From an uncultured Bacteroidales bacterium (GTDB lineage Bacteria; Bacteroidota; Bacteroidia; Bacteroidales; UBA7960): a DNA stretch of 64,000 bases. The position numbers were made by a program, and so were the translations under genes. Location: assembly GCA_964348755.1 (NCBI GenBank), contig CAYGDW010000003.1, positions 2,313 through 66,312 on the forward strand, written 5' to 3'. The notes under the pieces are model-generated. The model worked only from the letters and a program-made list of their open reading frames with translations. It made no database searches and was not told where the DNA came from. Positions within the stretch are counted from its first letter, which is position 1. The number at the start of each line of letters is the position of its first letter. Of this stretch, positions 1 through 9,003 are shown piece after piece.

Positions 1-1044
1 CCCTGGGATAACAAAAAGCTGCTTGCCACGCTGGCCACCACCCTTGAGTTGCATCGCTCTAAGCAGGAGCTGCACGGCCTTCGCTCGAAGCAGAAGTTTT
101 TGCTCGAGCAGGACCACCGGCCTTACAGCCACATTGTAGGGCAATCGAAGAGCATGATGTCGGTGCTTGGCACGGTTCAGAAGGTGGCGGTTACCGATGT
201 CAATATTCTGATTCTTGGCGAGAATGGCACGGGCAAGGAAGTGATTGCACGGGCCATACACCGCGCATCGGCCCGCAGAGATGAGGTTTTCGTTAGCGTT
301 GACCTGGGTGCGATCAGCGAATCATTGTTCGAAAGCGAGCTTTTCGGGTATAGAAAGGGAGCCTTTACCGACGCCCGCGAAGACCGAGCTGGCCGCTTCG
401 AAGCCGCGAACAAGGGAACCATTTTCCTGGATGAGATTGGAAACCTGAGTTTATCGCTTCAGTCGAAACTACTTAGCGTGTTGCAAAACAGAAAAGTGGT
501 AAGGCTTGGCTCGGTAAAAGAAACCCCGATAGATATCAGGTTGGTTTGTGCTACAAATATGCCCCTGTATCGTATGGTTGAAGAGGGCAAGTTTAGGCAG
601 GACCTGCTTTACCGAATCAATACCGTTGAGATACACCTGCCACCCCTTCGCGAAAGGAGCGAAGACATTGGCCCATTGGTAAATCATTTTCTTGAGATCT
701 ACTGCAAAAAGTACAAAATGCCCATGAAAAGACTGCATGCCGCTACCCTAAAGCGTCTTGAGAAGCACAGCTGGCCGGGCAACATTCGCGAATTGCAGCA
801 TTCGGTCGAGCGGGCAGTTATTATGAGCGAAACCAACTTTCTGCAACCTGCCGACTTTTTCCTGTCTGCAAAAGACCGGCCAGAACCCGAAAACAACTTT
901 GCCGACACCAACCTGGAGGCCACCGAAAAAATGCTCATTCGAAAGGTAGTGGAAAAGCATGGCGGAAATATTAGCAAAGCAGCAAAAGAACTGGGCATTA
1001 CCCGGGCTTCTCTTTACCGTCGAATAGAAAAGTATGAGCTTTAA
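1..1044 (+). CDS. Sigma-54-dependent response regulator (NtrC/AtoC family), 5'-truncated by the window edge
   Basis: Frame 1 is open from nt 1. AAA+ sigma-54 activator motifs are present: Walker A 'GENGTGKE', GAFTGA-like 'GAFTDA', Walker B 'IFLDEIGN' and 'RQDLLYRIN'. The C terminus has a Fis-type HTH '[19 protein letters not shown]'. Confidence 0.9.
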   Translation, partial: PWDNKKLLATLATTLELHRSKQELHGLRSKQKFLLEQDHRPYSHIVGQSKSMMSVLGTVQKVAVTDVNILILGENGTGKEVIARAIHRASARRDEVFVSVDLGAISESLFESELFGYRKGAFTDAREDRAGRFEAANKGTIFLDEIGNLSLSLQSKLLSVLQNRKVVRLGSVKETPIDIRLVCATNMPLYRMVEEGKFRQDLLYRINTVEIHLPPLRERSEDIGPLVNHFLEIYCKKYKMPMKRLHAATLKRLEKHSWPGNIRELQHSVERAVIMSETNFLQPADFFLSAKDRPEPENNFADTNLEATEKMLIRKVVEKHGGNISKAAKELGITRASLYRRIEKYEL

Positions 1045-2386
1045 AAACTTCAGAATCAATGTAGTGGCAAGGGTGCTGCTGATTGTAGCATCCATTGTTG
1101 TGGTCATCTCAATCATTGGCAAACCCGGGCTGGTATTAAGCACCGTAATTTTGGTTGCCGCAACTGTTGGCCAGATTGCAGCCCTTATATTTTTTGTGGA
1201 GGGTACCAATAAAAAGCTCACTATTTTCCTAAAGTCGATACGGCACAGCGATTTTGCTTCTTCCTTTTCCGATCCTGGCCTTGGCCGTAGCTTCGATGAG
1301 CTGAACCAGGCCTTTAACCAGGTGATTGAAGAATTCAGAAAGGCAAGAGCAGCAAAGGAAGAGCACTTCAATTACCTTCAAACCGTTGTGCAGCACGCAA
1401 GCATTGGCATCCTGGTATTTAAAAAAGATGGCAAAATTGATATGGTGAACAATGCCTTGAAGCGAATGTTCAGGGTTGGCAACCTCAGGCATATTCGCGA
1501 AATAGAAAAGATTGACAAGGCCCTTTGCGACCTACTCAAGACCATAAAGGCCGGCGACAGCGAGCTTATTAAGGTTTTCAACGAAAACGAATTGCTTCAA
1601 CTCTCGGTTAGGGCCACTGAATTTAGAATGAGGGGCGAGGACTATGTGCTGGTTTCTATGCAAAACATACACAACGAGCTGGAGGCCAAGGAAATGGATT
1701 CGTGGCAAAAGCTTATAAGGGTGCTTACCCACGAAATTATGAACTCCATAACTCCCATTGTTTCCCTTTCGGGAACGGTAAAAGACCTGCTGATAGACCA
1801 GGAAAGCATGGAGCTTAAAAAGGAAATTGATGAAGAAGATGTGGAAAGCGCCAGGGGCGCCCTTACTACTATTGAAAACCGAAGCCAGGGCTTGTTGAAT
1901 TTTGTGCAGGTTTATCGCAACCTCACACGAATTCCAAAGCCCAATTTCAGGTATTTCGAGGTGAAAGAACTCTTCGCCAGGGTTGAAAACCTGCTTCAGC
2001 CCAAGATTATGGAATCTGGTATAAAATGCGAAATGAAGGTGGTTCCGCCCGGAATTATGCTTACTGCCGACACCGACCTTATCGAACAGGTGCTCATAAA
2101 CCTGATTATAAACTCAATACATGCAGTAAAGGGTGTAAATAATCCACATATTATCATGCTGGCCACTCAAAACAGCCTCAACCGCGTAATGATTTCGGTG
2201 CTCGACAACGGGTGCGGTATAAAGCCCGACACCATTGAAAATATTTTTGTGCCATTCTTTACTTCTAAAAAGGAGGGTTCGGGTATTGGCCTCAGTCTCT
2301 CGCGAGAGATTATGCGGCTACACAAGGGCAATATTACCGTAAAATCGAAGCCGGAGGTCGAAACCGTTTTTACCTTGCATTTCTGA
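1034..2386 (+). CDS. Sensor histidine kinase, partner of the upstream sigma-54 regulator
   Basis: N-terminal hydrophobic segments, H-box '[12 protein letters not shown]', and HATPase motifs 'LDNGCGI' and '[13 protein letters not shown]'. The ATG overlaps the upstream stop by 11 nt, which suggests one operon. Confidence 0.9.
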   Translation: MSFKNFRINVVARVLLIVASIVVVISIIGKPGLVLSTVILVAATVGQIAALIFFVEGTNKKLTIFLKSIRHSDFASSFSDPGLGRSFDELNQAFNQVIEEFRKARAAKEEHFNYLQTVVQHASIGILVFKKDGKIDMVNNALKRMFRVGNLRHIREIEKIDKALCDLLKTIKAGDSELIKVFNENELLQLSVRATEFRMRGEDYVLVSMQNIHNELEAKEMDSWQKLIRVLTHEIMNSITPIVSLSGTVKDLLIDQESMELKKEIDEEDVESARGALTTIENRSQGLLNFVQVYRNLTRIPKPNFRYFEVKELFARVENLLQPKIMESGIKCEMKVVPPGIMLTADTDLIEQVLINLIINSIHAVKGVNNPHIIMLATQNSLNRVMISVLDNGCGIKPDTIENIFVPFFTSKKEGSGIGLSLSREIMRLHKGNITVKSKPEVETVFTLHF

Positions 2387-2437
2387 CACTGGTATGGCAG
2401 CATCAATTAAACTCACAAGAATCTCTATTTTTAGGAT

Positions 2438-3232
2438 TTAAGACATGAGAGTTTCGGGGCCGGTTTGAGTCAGAAAATTTCTAACTGCCTCAATAAACCC
2501 AGCGGGGTTGTCGGCATGCAGCCAATGCGATGCACCGGCAATGGTTTGGAAGGCAACGTGCGAAAACATTTTTTTTATCAATTCCAGGTCGCTTTCGCGG
2601 ATATAGTCAGAAACCGCCCCTTTCAGAAAAAGGGTAGGCCTGTTGAAAGCGGCTGCTGTTCGTATCTCCCTGAAAATTTCATCCAGGTTTTTATTAATTA
2701 CCTCAAGATTCATTTTCCAGCCCAGCGTGGTTTTGTCTTTCCAGTAAAGGTTCTTTAAAAGAAACTGCCTGAGGCGAAACGATTGCACTTTGTCTTCGAG
2801 GTAGTAAGCCACATCAATACGGCTTTTAAACTTTGACAGGTCGAGGCCAAGCATGATGTCAATAAGCCCCTGGTGCTGATCGCGGTTGTTGCGGGCGGCA
2901 GGGCTAATGTCGGCAACAATCAGGCGGTCAACCTTTTCAGGATGATCGAAAGCAAACTGCATAGCAGTTTTTCCGCCCATTGAGTGGCCCAGCAGGCTTG
3001 CCCTTTCAATGCCGTGCAACTCCAAAAACCCGAGCAAATCGTCGCTCATGGCTTCATAATTAAACACCTGGCTGTGGCCCGAGCGGCCATGGTTGCGCTG
3101 ATCAACCATAAAAACATGAAAATTGCGGCCAAGCTCACTTGAAATAGAAGTAAAATTGTCGGACATACCAAATAGTCCATGCAAAATTACCAGAGCCGGC
3201 CCCGAACCAGTTTCTTTAAAATGCAATTCCAT
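2438..3232 (-). CDS. Alpha/beta-fold hydrolase (YbfF-like esterase)
   Basis: 'LVILHGLFG' oxyanion region and 'GHSMGG' nucleophile elbow. At 264 aa the size is typical for the family. Confidence 0.85.
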   Translation of the reverse strand: MELHFKETGSGPALVILHGLFGMSDNFTSISSELGRNFHVFMVDQRNHGRSGHSQVFNYEAMSDDLLGFLELHGIERASLLGHSMGGKTAMQFAFDHPEKVDRLIVADISPAARNNRDQHQGLIDIMLGLDLSKFKSRIDVAYYLEDKVQSFRLRQFLLKNLYWKDKTTLGWKMNLEVINKNLDEIFREIRTAAAFNRPTLFLKGAVSDYIRESDLELIKKMFSHVAFQTIAGASHWLHADNPAGFIEAVRNFLTQTGPETLMS

Positions 3233-3280
3233 TAAAAGTTTTTTAAAAATACCTCAACCCTGCCATAAGCAGGCAAACCT

Positions 3281-3970
3281 TTAGAAGGGGATCTCGGCCC
3301 CGTGTCCTTTCAGCCCAAAATGCCTGCGAAGGCCATACACCAGCGCATAAGCAACAGGGGTATCGAGCACGGCAAAAATTACTTTAAAAAGGAAGCCATT
3401 TATTACCAACGGAACAAACAGCGACCAATCGAGTACTTCAAAAATGCAAAGCAATAAAATTATTGTAAAAGTATCAACAAGTTGGCTGGCGAATGTCGAA
3501 AAATTGTTTCTCAGCCACAAATGCTTTCCTTTGGTAACCTTTTTCAAGAAATGAAAAATCTGCACGTCTAAAAACTGAGCCAGCAAGTATGCTGCAAGCG
3601 AGGCTGCCACGGCAACATAGGTATAACTGAAGACCTTATTAAACTCTTGATTGCTCAGAGGCGACCATTCGGTGGCCTGTGCCTTTGAAGTTATGATGAT
3701 TATTAAAAGGGCAAATGCGCTGGCAAACGCGCCGGCAATTACCACCCTGTGGGCTCTGCGTTGGCCAAATACTTCAGAAATAACATCAGTAATAAGAAAC
3801 GTAACCGGGTATGCAATAATGCCAACGCTTAGCTGAAATTCATATAATCCGAAAGGATTCCAGGTAAAAAATTTCTGAAAAATCAGGTTGCTGGTTACCA
3901 GCGATGTAATAAACAGCCCGGCCAAAATCAGGTATAATACTTCGGCTTGTTCGCGCTGTCGCGTGGTCAT
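3281..3970 (-). CDS. yhhQ: Queuosine-precursor transporter (YhhQ/VUT family membrane protein)
   Basis: Polytopic membrane protein with the family-typical 'YPVTFLITDVISEVFG' segment. Confidence 0.8.
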   Translation of the reverse strand: MTTRQREQAEVLYLILAGLFITSLVTSNLIFQKFFTWNPFGLYEFQLSVGIIAYPVTFLITDVISEVFGQRRAHRVVIAGAFASAFALLIIIITSKAQATEWSPLSNQEFNKVFSYTYVAVAASLAAYLLAQFLDVQIFHFLKKVTKGKHLWLRNNFSTFASQLVDTFTIILLLCIFEVLDWSLFVPLVINGFLFKVIFAVLDTPVAYALVYGLRRHFGLKGHGAEIPF

Positions 3971-4075
3971 GGGTTTGGTGTAAGAGACAAAAGAACAAAC
4001 AAGCTTTGTTCGAAATTGTTGAGCAACCAGCTTTGCCCCTGAGAACGAATCTGAAGAAGGCCCAAAATCGGAATT

Positions 4076-4792
4076 TTAACGCTGCAGCTGCCTGATATAC
4101 ATTTGAATAGTGTTTTCTAAGCCCAAATACAGGGCATCAGCAATCAGGGCATGTCCAATAGAAACTTCGAGCAGGTGTGGAATATTTTGGGCAAAGAATT
4201 TTAGGTTTTCGAGGTTCAGGTCGTGCCCTGCATTGAGGCCTAATCCGGCCTGGTGAGAAGCCCGGGCTGCCATTATAAACGGCTCAATGGCTTTTTGGCG
4301 GTCAATGGGGTAAAGGGCAGCATAAGGCTCTGTATAAAGCTCTACCCTGTCGGTGCCGGTATCGGCTGCCCTGAAAATAAGTTCTTCATCGGTTTCGATG
4401 AAAATGGAAGTACGTACCCCGTGGCTTTTTATTTCTGCAATTACATCTACCAAAAAATCATGATGCTTTAGGGTGTTCCATCCGGCATTTGAGGTAAGGG
4501 CATTGGGCGGGTCGGGCACCAGGGTGGCCTGGGCGGGTTTAATGTCGGCAATAAGTTGCAGAAACTTTTTCGATGGATAGCCTTCAATGTTTAATTCGGT
4601 GGTTACCACCGGTTTCAGATCATACACATCGTGCCAGCGTATATGCCGCTCATCAGGGCGCGGGTGCACTGTAATGCCTTGTGCACCAAAACGCTCGCAA
4701 TCGATGGCAGTTTTAATCAAATCGGGAACATTTCCCCCGCGGGCATTGCGCAAGGTGGCAATTTTGTTGATGTTTACGCTGAGCCTTGTCAT
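4076..4792 (-). CDS. pdxJ: Pyridoxine 5'-phosphate synthase
   Basis: '[21 protein letters not shown]' and '[13 protein letters not shown]' are hallmark PdxJ segments. I take the internal ATG at 4790-4792 as the start, because the longer ORF to 5008 reads through a tRNA gene. Confidence 0.9.
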   Translation of the reverse strand: MTRLSVNINKIATLRNARGGNVPDLIKTAIDCERFGAQGITVHPRPDERHIRWHDVYDLKPVVTTELNIEGYPSKKFLQLIADIKPAQATLVPDPPNALTSNAGWNTLKHHDFLVDVIAEIKSHGVRTSIFIETDEELIFRAADTGTDRVELYTEPYAALYPIDRQKAIEPFIMAARASHQAGLGLNAGHDLNLENLKFFAQNIPHLLEVSIGHALIADALYLGLENTIQMYIRQLQR

Positions 4793-4880
4793 ATCGAAAA
4801 AAATATTACGCAAGGGCAGAAAAGAATTTGCAGGGCTGGCCACGAGCCTTTGCGCCTCATAAAACAAACGAAACCTGTTG

Positions 4881-4953
4881 AGCGGAAAACGGGACTCGAA
4901 CCCGCGACCCTCAGCTTGGGAAGCTGATGCTCTACCAACTGAGCTATTCCCGC
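4881..4953 (-). tRNA. tRNA-Gly (anticodon CCC)
   Basis: The reverse complement GCGGGAATAGCTCAGTTGGTAGAGCATCAGCTTCCCAAGCTGAGGGTCGCGGGTTCGAGTCCCGTTTTCCGCT folds as a cloverleaf. It has a 7-bp acceptor stem, anticodon stem TCAGC/GCTGA with loop TTCCCAA, and a GGTTCGAGTCC T-arm. No CCA is encoded. Confidence 0.9.
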
Positions 4954-4981
4954 TGATAATAACCCTCATTATTTGGCCCAC

Positions 4982-4989
4982 CAAAATTA
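4982..4989 (-). promoter_or_regulatory. Candidate Bacteroidota -7 promoter box (TAATTTTG) for tRNA-Gly
   Basis: The reverse complement of 4982-4989 matches TAnnTTTG, about 28 nt upstream of the mature tRNA 5' end. A TTTG lies upstream at somewhat short spacing. Confidence 0.35.
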
Positions 4990-5041
4990 ATATAAAAGCC
5001 CGAAACAAACCCGAAATTGCTTTTGCTGGATAATTAATTTC

Positions 5042-5179
5042 ATCCGTAAATAATTTTATGATTAAGGTCGGATAGCCTGACTCGACTCAGGCGAGTGAAC
5101 TCGCATGATGAATGTTAGCATTGCTGAATTTCGTTTAGCTTCGCTGACCTTCGGTTCAAAGGTGTTTGTGTTTAATTCG
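5042..5179 (+). repeat. Intergenic repeat element, copy A (second copy at 26845-26945)
   Basis: Copy A shares an ATCCGTAA(A)TAATTTT...ATTAAGGTCGG block (5042-5071) with the second copy. It also shares a TTTAGCTTCGCTGACCTTCGGTTCA block (5134-5158, 22/25 identical) and a TGTTTGT...TTTA tail. Copy A carries about 35 extra nt containing small hairpins. Confidence 0.5.
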
Positions 5180-5271
5180 CAAACATGTTCGTTGCAGCAT
5201 GGCATATTTTTTTTGCAGGGCACAAGTCAGGCGATTTTTTTGTTATCTTCACGGCAACAAAAACATTGACG

Positions 5272-5937
5272 ATGCTGGCAAAAGATATGCTGAGCGAAAC
5301 GGTAATTCCTTTAAAAACCACTGATGAGGCAGTTAATGCCCTTGCCTGGATGGAAGAGCTGCGCGTTTCGCACATGCCAATTGTTAATAATGAAAAGTTT
5401 TTGGGTTTGATATCAGAGGCCGATATACTTGGCCTGAATACCATTGACGAGCCAATAGGGAATCATCGCCTTTCGCTAAACCGGCCATACGTATTTAATA
5501 ATCAACACTTTTATGATGTTATAAGGGTAGCTGCAGCCCAAAAACTAACCCTGGTTCCGGTACTCGATCAAAAAGAAAACTACTTGGGATGCATTACCCT
5601 TGGGCGCATTGTTCAGGAATTGGCCCGAAAATTGGCAGTGGAACAACCCGGCGGAATTATTGTGCTCGAGGTAAACGAGCACGACTACTCCCTTTCAGAA
5701 ATTGCCCAGATAGCCGAAGGCAACGACGCAAAAATCCTTAGCCTTTACATAAACTCTCCACCCGACACCACCCGCCTCGAAATTACCATTAAGCTGAACA
5801 AGATTGATGTTTCACCGGTAATTCAAACATTTAACCGATACAACTATACTATACTGGCCTCTTACTCAGAAGAAAGCAAATTTGACGAATTGCTTAATGA
5901 CCGGTTTGAGTCGTTGATGAACTACCTGAACATTTAA
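5272..5937 (+). CDS. CBS domain-containing protein
   Basis: A CBS pair-like N terminus: 'MLSETVIPLKTTDEAVNALAWMEELRVSHMPIVNNEKFLGLISEADIL'. I prefer the start at ATG 5272, because the upstream 29 codons lie in the repeat element. Confidence 0.75.
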   Translation: MLAKDMLSETVIPLKTTDEAVNALAWMEELRVSHMPIVNNEKFLGLISEADILGLNTIDEPIGNHRLSLNRPYVFNNQHFYDVIRVAAAQKLTLVPVLDQKENYLGCITLGRIVQELARKLAVEQPGGIIVLEVNEHDYSLSEIAQIAEGNDAKILSLYINSPPDTTRLEITIKLNKIDVSPVIQTFNRYNYTILASYSEESKFDELLNDRFESLMNYLNI

Positions 5938-5951
5938 GCTTTCTGGCCGCC

Positions 5952-7427
5952 ATGTTTACTTTTTTTCGAATTCCTTTTCTGCTGTTTTTTGCCTGCACCC
6001 TGTGGTTGCCAATAATTGTGCTGGCTCAGCAAGGCTCCCCGGCAGATTTGCCAACACCCCTGCCACTGGCCAGCCTCCCCCTTACTGATGCGGGCAATAT
6101 GCAAAAAGTAATTGTCTCAGAAATTATTTTAGAGGGCAACCGCATTACCCGCAAAAGCATTATTATGCGCGAAATGCTTTTTTACCAGGGCGACAGCCTT
6201 ACGCTCAACGCCCTTCACAGGGCCATGGCAGAAAGCCGCGAAAACCTGCTCAATACTGCATTTTTCAACTTTGTAGAAATGTATATCTGCCTTGAAGAAC
6301 TCCCCCAGGTAAGGGTAAGCATACATTTTGTTGAACGCTGGTATATCTGGCCTTTCCCGATTTTAGAAATTGGCGACCGAAACATTAATGAGTGGCTTTC
6401 CAACCCATCTGCTGAACGCCTCAATTACGGCTTTTATCTTGTTTGGGACAACTTCCGGGGCGGGGGCGACAGGGTCGATCTGCTATTAAAAAGCGGCTAC
6501 AGGCAGTTATATACGCTCAGTTATTCAAAACCATATTTCAACCGCGCAAAAACCCTTGGCTGGTCTTTGGAAACAGGTATTTCAAGAACCCGTGAAATAG
6601 CCTTCACCACCATTGCAAACCGCCAGCAATTTGTCGAAACGCCCGATGAATTTATTTACAGGAATTATTATATAAGTGCGTCCATAAATTACAGGCCAGG
6701 AATGCGCAACTTTCATTCGTTCAGGCTGGGATACGAGTATTTTGCATTTGCCGACACCCTTCTAGCACTAAACCCTTCATACAGCCCCGCTGGCCGCACC
6801 ATCCTTGGTTTTTTGAGCGCCCACTGGGGTTTCAAACACGACTTCAGAGACCTGAAAGCCTATCCCCTCAAAGGGCACTATTTTGATGTTCGCCTGTCGC
6901 GTTATGGACTTGGGCTGCTAAAAAACGAAACAATGGGGCTTACAACCCTCGAAAGCTCATTCCGCCGTTACCTCGAAATTTCGAAACGCTGGCATTTTGC
7001 TGCAGGTCTTAATGCAAAATTTAGCCAGGGCAGGCGCGATGTGTATTTTCGTCAACAGGGACTGGGCTTTAAAGGCGACCTGGTGCGTGGCTACGAAAAG
7101 TACGTGATCGATGGACAACATTTTCTGGTATTCAAATCAAACCTTAAATATTCGCTTATTCCGCAACGGTCAAAACGCATTGGGTTTTTGCCCGGCGAAC
7201 GCTTCGGGCTGATACATTATGCGTTGTATCTGAACCTGTTTGCCGATGCCGGATATATTGACGACCGGTACTTTTACACAGGCAACCACCTCAACAACAC
7301 TTTGCTGGCCGGATTTGGGCTTGGGTTAGATTTTGTAACATACTACGACAAAGTTTTTAGAACCGAATTAAGCATGAACCGGCAGGGAGAGATTGGCTTG
7401 TTTTTTCATATTATAGCCCCGATTTAA
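5952..7427 (+). CDS. Omp85/BamA-family outer-membrane protein (POTRA domain plus surface-antigen barrel)
   Basis: Signal peptide, POTRA-like 'IILEGNRITRKSIIMREMLFYQGDSL', an aromatic- and Gly-rich beta-barrel region, and a terminal aromatic-rich strand. Confidence 0.75.
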   Translation: MFTFFRIPFLLFFACTLWLPIIVLAQQGSPADLPTPLPLASLPLTDAGNMQKVIVSEIILEGNRITRKSIIMREMLFYQGDSLTLNALHRAMAESRENLLNTAFFNFVEMYICLEELPQVRVSIHFVERWYIWPFPILEIGDRNINEWLSNPSAERLNYGFYLVWDNFRGGGDRVDLLLKSGYRQLYTLSYSKPYFNRAKTLGWSLETGISRTREIAFTTIANRQQFVETPDEFIYRNYYISASINYRPGMRNFHSFRLGYEYFAFADTLLALNPSYSPAGRTILGFLSAHWGFKHDFRDLKAYPLKGHYFDVRLSRYGLGLLKNETMGLTTLESSFRRYLEISKRWHFAAGLNAKFSQGRRDVYFRQQGLGFKGDLVRGYEKYVIDGQHFLVFKSNLKYSLIPQRSKRIGFLPGERFGLIHYALYLNLFADAGYIDDRYFYTGNHLNNTLLAGFGLGLDFVTYYDKVFRTELSMNRQGEIGLFFHIIAPI

Positions 7428-7613
7428 GTGTTAAAATTGGCCAATGCAAAAACTATAATGGCATTTCAATGAAAGAAAAATACTTTATCTTTAACCCTTT
7501 TTTAGGGTTATTATGCAATTTTACAAGCATTCGGTTATAACTCCTTTGGGTGGCTTCCCAATTAAAACAGCAACCATTAAATAAAATTATAAGCAACCAT
7601 ATTCAAAAAAAAG

Positions 7614-8975
7614 ATGAATCTAAAACCACATTTAAATTTCTGGCAGATCTGGAATTTGAGTTTTGGCTTTTTGGGCGTTCAGTTTGGCTTTGCCCTTCAA
7701 AATGCCAATGCAAGCCGAATATTGACAAGCCTGGGTGCCGACCCTCATTCATTATCTCTTTTCTGGCTGGTTGCACCAATTATGGGCTTGCTGGTTCAGC
7801 CAGTGGTTGGGGCTGCAAGCGACAAAACCTGGAACAGGCTTGGGCGTCGCAAACCCTACATATTTTTTGGCGCACTGCTTTCGATGGTCGCTATGTTTTT
7901 TATGCCCAATGCCCCTCTGGTAATAAAAGCCGGTGGAGCAGCAGCACTTGCTTTCGGGGTAATAATGCTCGCTATTATGGATGGGGCCTTTAATGTTACA
8001 TTTCAGCCCTTCAGGGCCCTGGTTGCCGATTTAACTCCCGATGAGCAAAGAAACCTCGGGTATTCGGTGCAGAGTTTTCTCATTAATGTAGGTGCGGTAA
8101 TTGGCTCGGCATTGCCCTTTATACTCACAGCTACCGGGGTGGCAAATCAGGCCGAGGCCGGCAAAGTGGCCCCATCGGTTATCTGGTCGTTTTATATAGG
8201 CGGCACACTGTTGCTGCTCAGCGTGCTGGTAACGGTTTTCAAAACCAAAGAACACCCCCCAAAAGAATTTGAAAAATACAACAACATAACCGAAGAAGAC
8301 AAATCAACAAAGGAAAACATTTTCAGCTTGCTGGGCAAAACGCCAAAAACAATGATACAGCTTGCCGTAGTGCAGTTTTTTTCATGGTTTCCCCTTTTCC
8401 TTTTGTGGGTGTATTCAACCACAGCCATTTCGCAGCAATACTTTGATGTGCCCGTTGGCTTCAATGCCAAAACCGAAACCAACGAAATGGTAAGAAAAGC
8501 ATTTGAACAGGCGGCCAACTGGGTGGGCATTTGCTTTGCAGCCTACAGCCTGGTAGCTGCCTTATACTCAATTGCTTTACCAAAACTTATTCGTCTTTCG
8601 AGCCGCAAATTTGTTTATTCCGCCTCGCTCATCCTGGGCGGGCTGGGATATATATCAACAATGCTCTTTACAAACCATTACATGCTGCTTATCTCAATGG
8701 TGGGTATTGGGGTGGCATGGGCCGCTATACTTGCCCTGCCTTACGCAATACTTTCTGGCACATTGCCCGCCAAACGAATTGGGGTGTATATGGGGCTGTT
8801 CAACCTAACGGTTGTAATTCCCCAAATCCTAAGCGGCCTGGTTGGCGGGTCTATTTTGCGCTTTGTATTTGGCGGACATGGAATATACATACTTGTACTG
8901 GCCGGCGCATTTATGATTTTGGGCGGACTCTTTGTCTTCAGCGTTAACGACAAGCCGGCAAAAATTTCTGAATAA
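7614..8975 (+). CDS. MFS/GPH-family sugar:cation symporter (probable maltose/maltodextrin transporter)
   Basis: About 12 predicted TM segments and an 'RLGRRKPYI' loop motif. It sits immediately upstream of malQ. Confidence 0.8.
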   Translation: MNLKPHLNFWQIWNLSFGFLGVQFGFALQNANASRILTSLGADPHSLSLFWLVAPIMGLLVQPVVGAASDKTWNRLGRRKPYIFFGALLSMVAMFFMPNAPLVIKAGGAAALAFGVIMLAIMDGAFNVTFQPFRALVADLTPDEQRNLGYSVQSFLINVGAVIGSALPFILTATGVANQAEAGKVAPSVIWSFYIGGTLLLLSVLVTVFKTKEHPPKEFEKYNNITEEDKSTKENIFSLLGKTPKTMIQLAVVQFFSWFPLFLLWVYSTTAISQQYFDVPVGFNAKTETNEMVRKAFEQAANWVGICFAAYSLVAALYSIALPKLIRLSSRKFVYSASLILGGLGYISTMLFTNHYMLLISMVGIGVAWAAILALPYAILSGTLPAKRIGVYMGLFNLTVVIPQILSGLVGGSILRFVFGGHGIYILVLAGAFMILGGLFVFSVNDKPAKISE

Positions 8976-9003
8976 GGATTTAAAGAAAAATAAAAACCAC
9001 AAT

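Noticed and set aside
748-1371. 207-aa ORF antisense across the regulator/kinase junction
   Set aside because: It is antisense to two confidently called two-component genes, so it is likely spurious.
3971-4075. Possible preQ1 riboswitch upstream of the queuosine-precursor transporter
   Set aside because: I could not find the preQ1-I hairpin or the A-rich tail consensus on the minus strand. In addition, the gene sits only 105 nt downstream of pdxJ and may be co-transcribed.
4793-5008. N-terminal 72 codons of the 310-aa ORF 4076..5008 (-)
   Set aside because: This part translates through the tRNA-Gly gene ('[19 protein letters not shown]' is the classic tRNA read-through peptide) and through its promoter. 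PdxJ homology begins at the internal ATG 4790-4792.
4954-5271. Integrated mobile element next to tRNA-Gly
   Set aside because: There is no integrase, no direct repeat of the tRNA 3' end, and no accessory genes. The flanking genes are housekeeping.
7492-7510. Small hairpin TAACCC-TTTTTT-AGGGTTA after the Omp85-family gene
   Set aside because: The stem is only 5-6 bp and AT-rich, so it is too weak to call a terminator with confidence.
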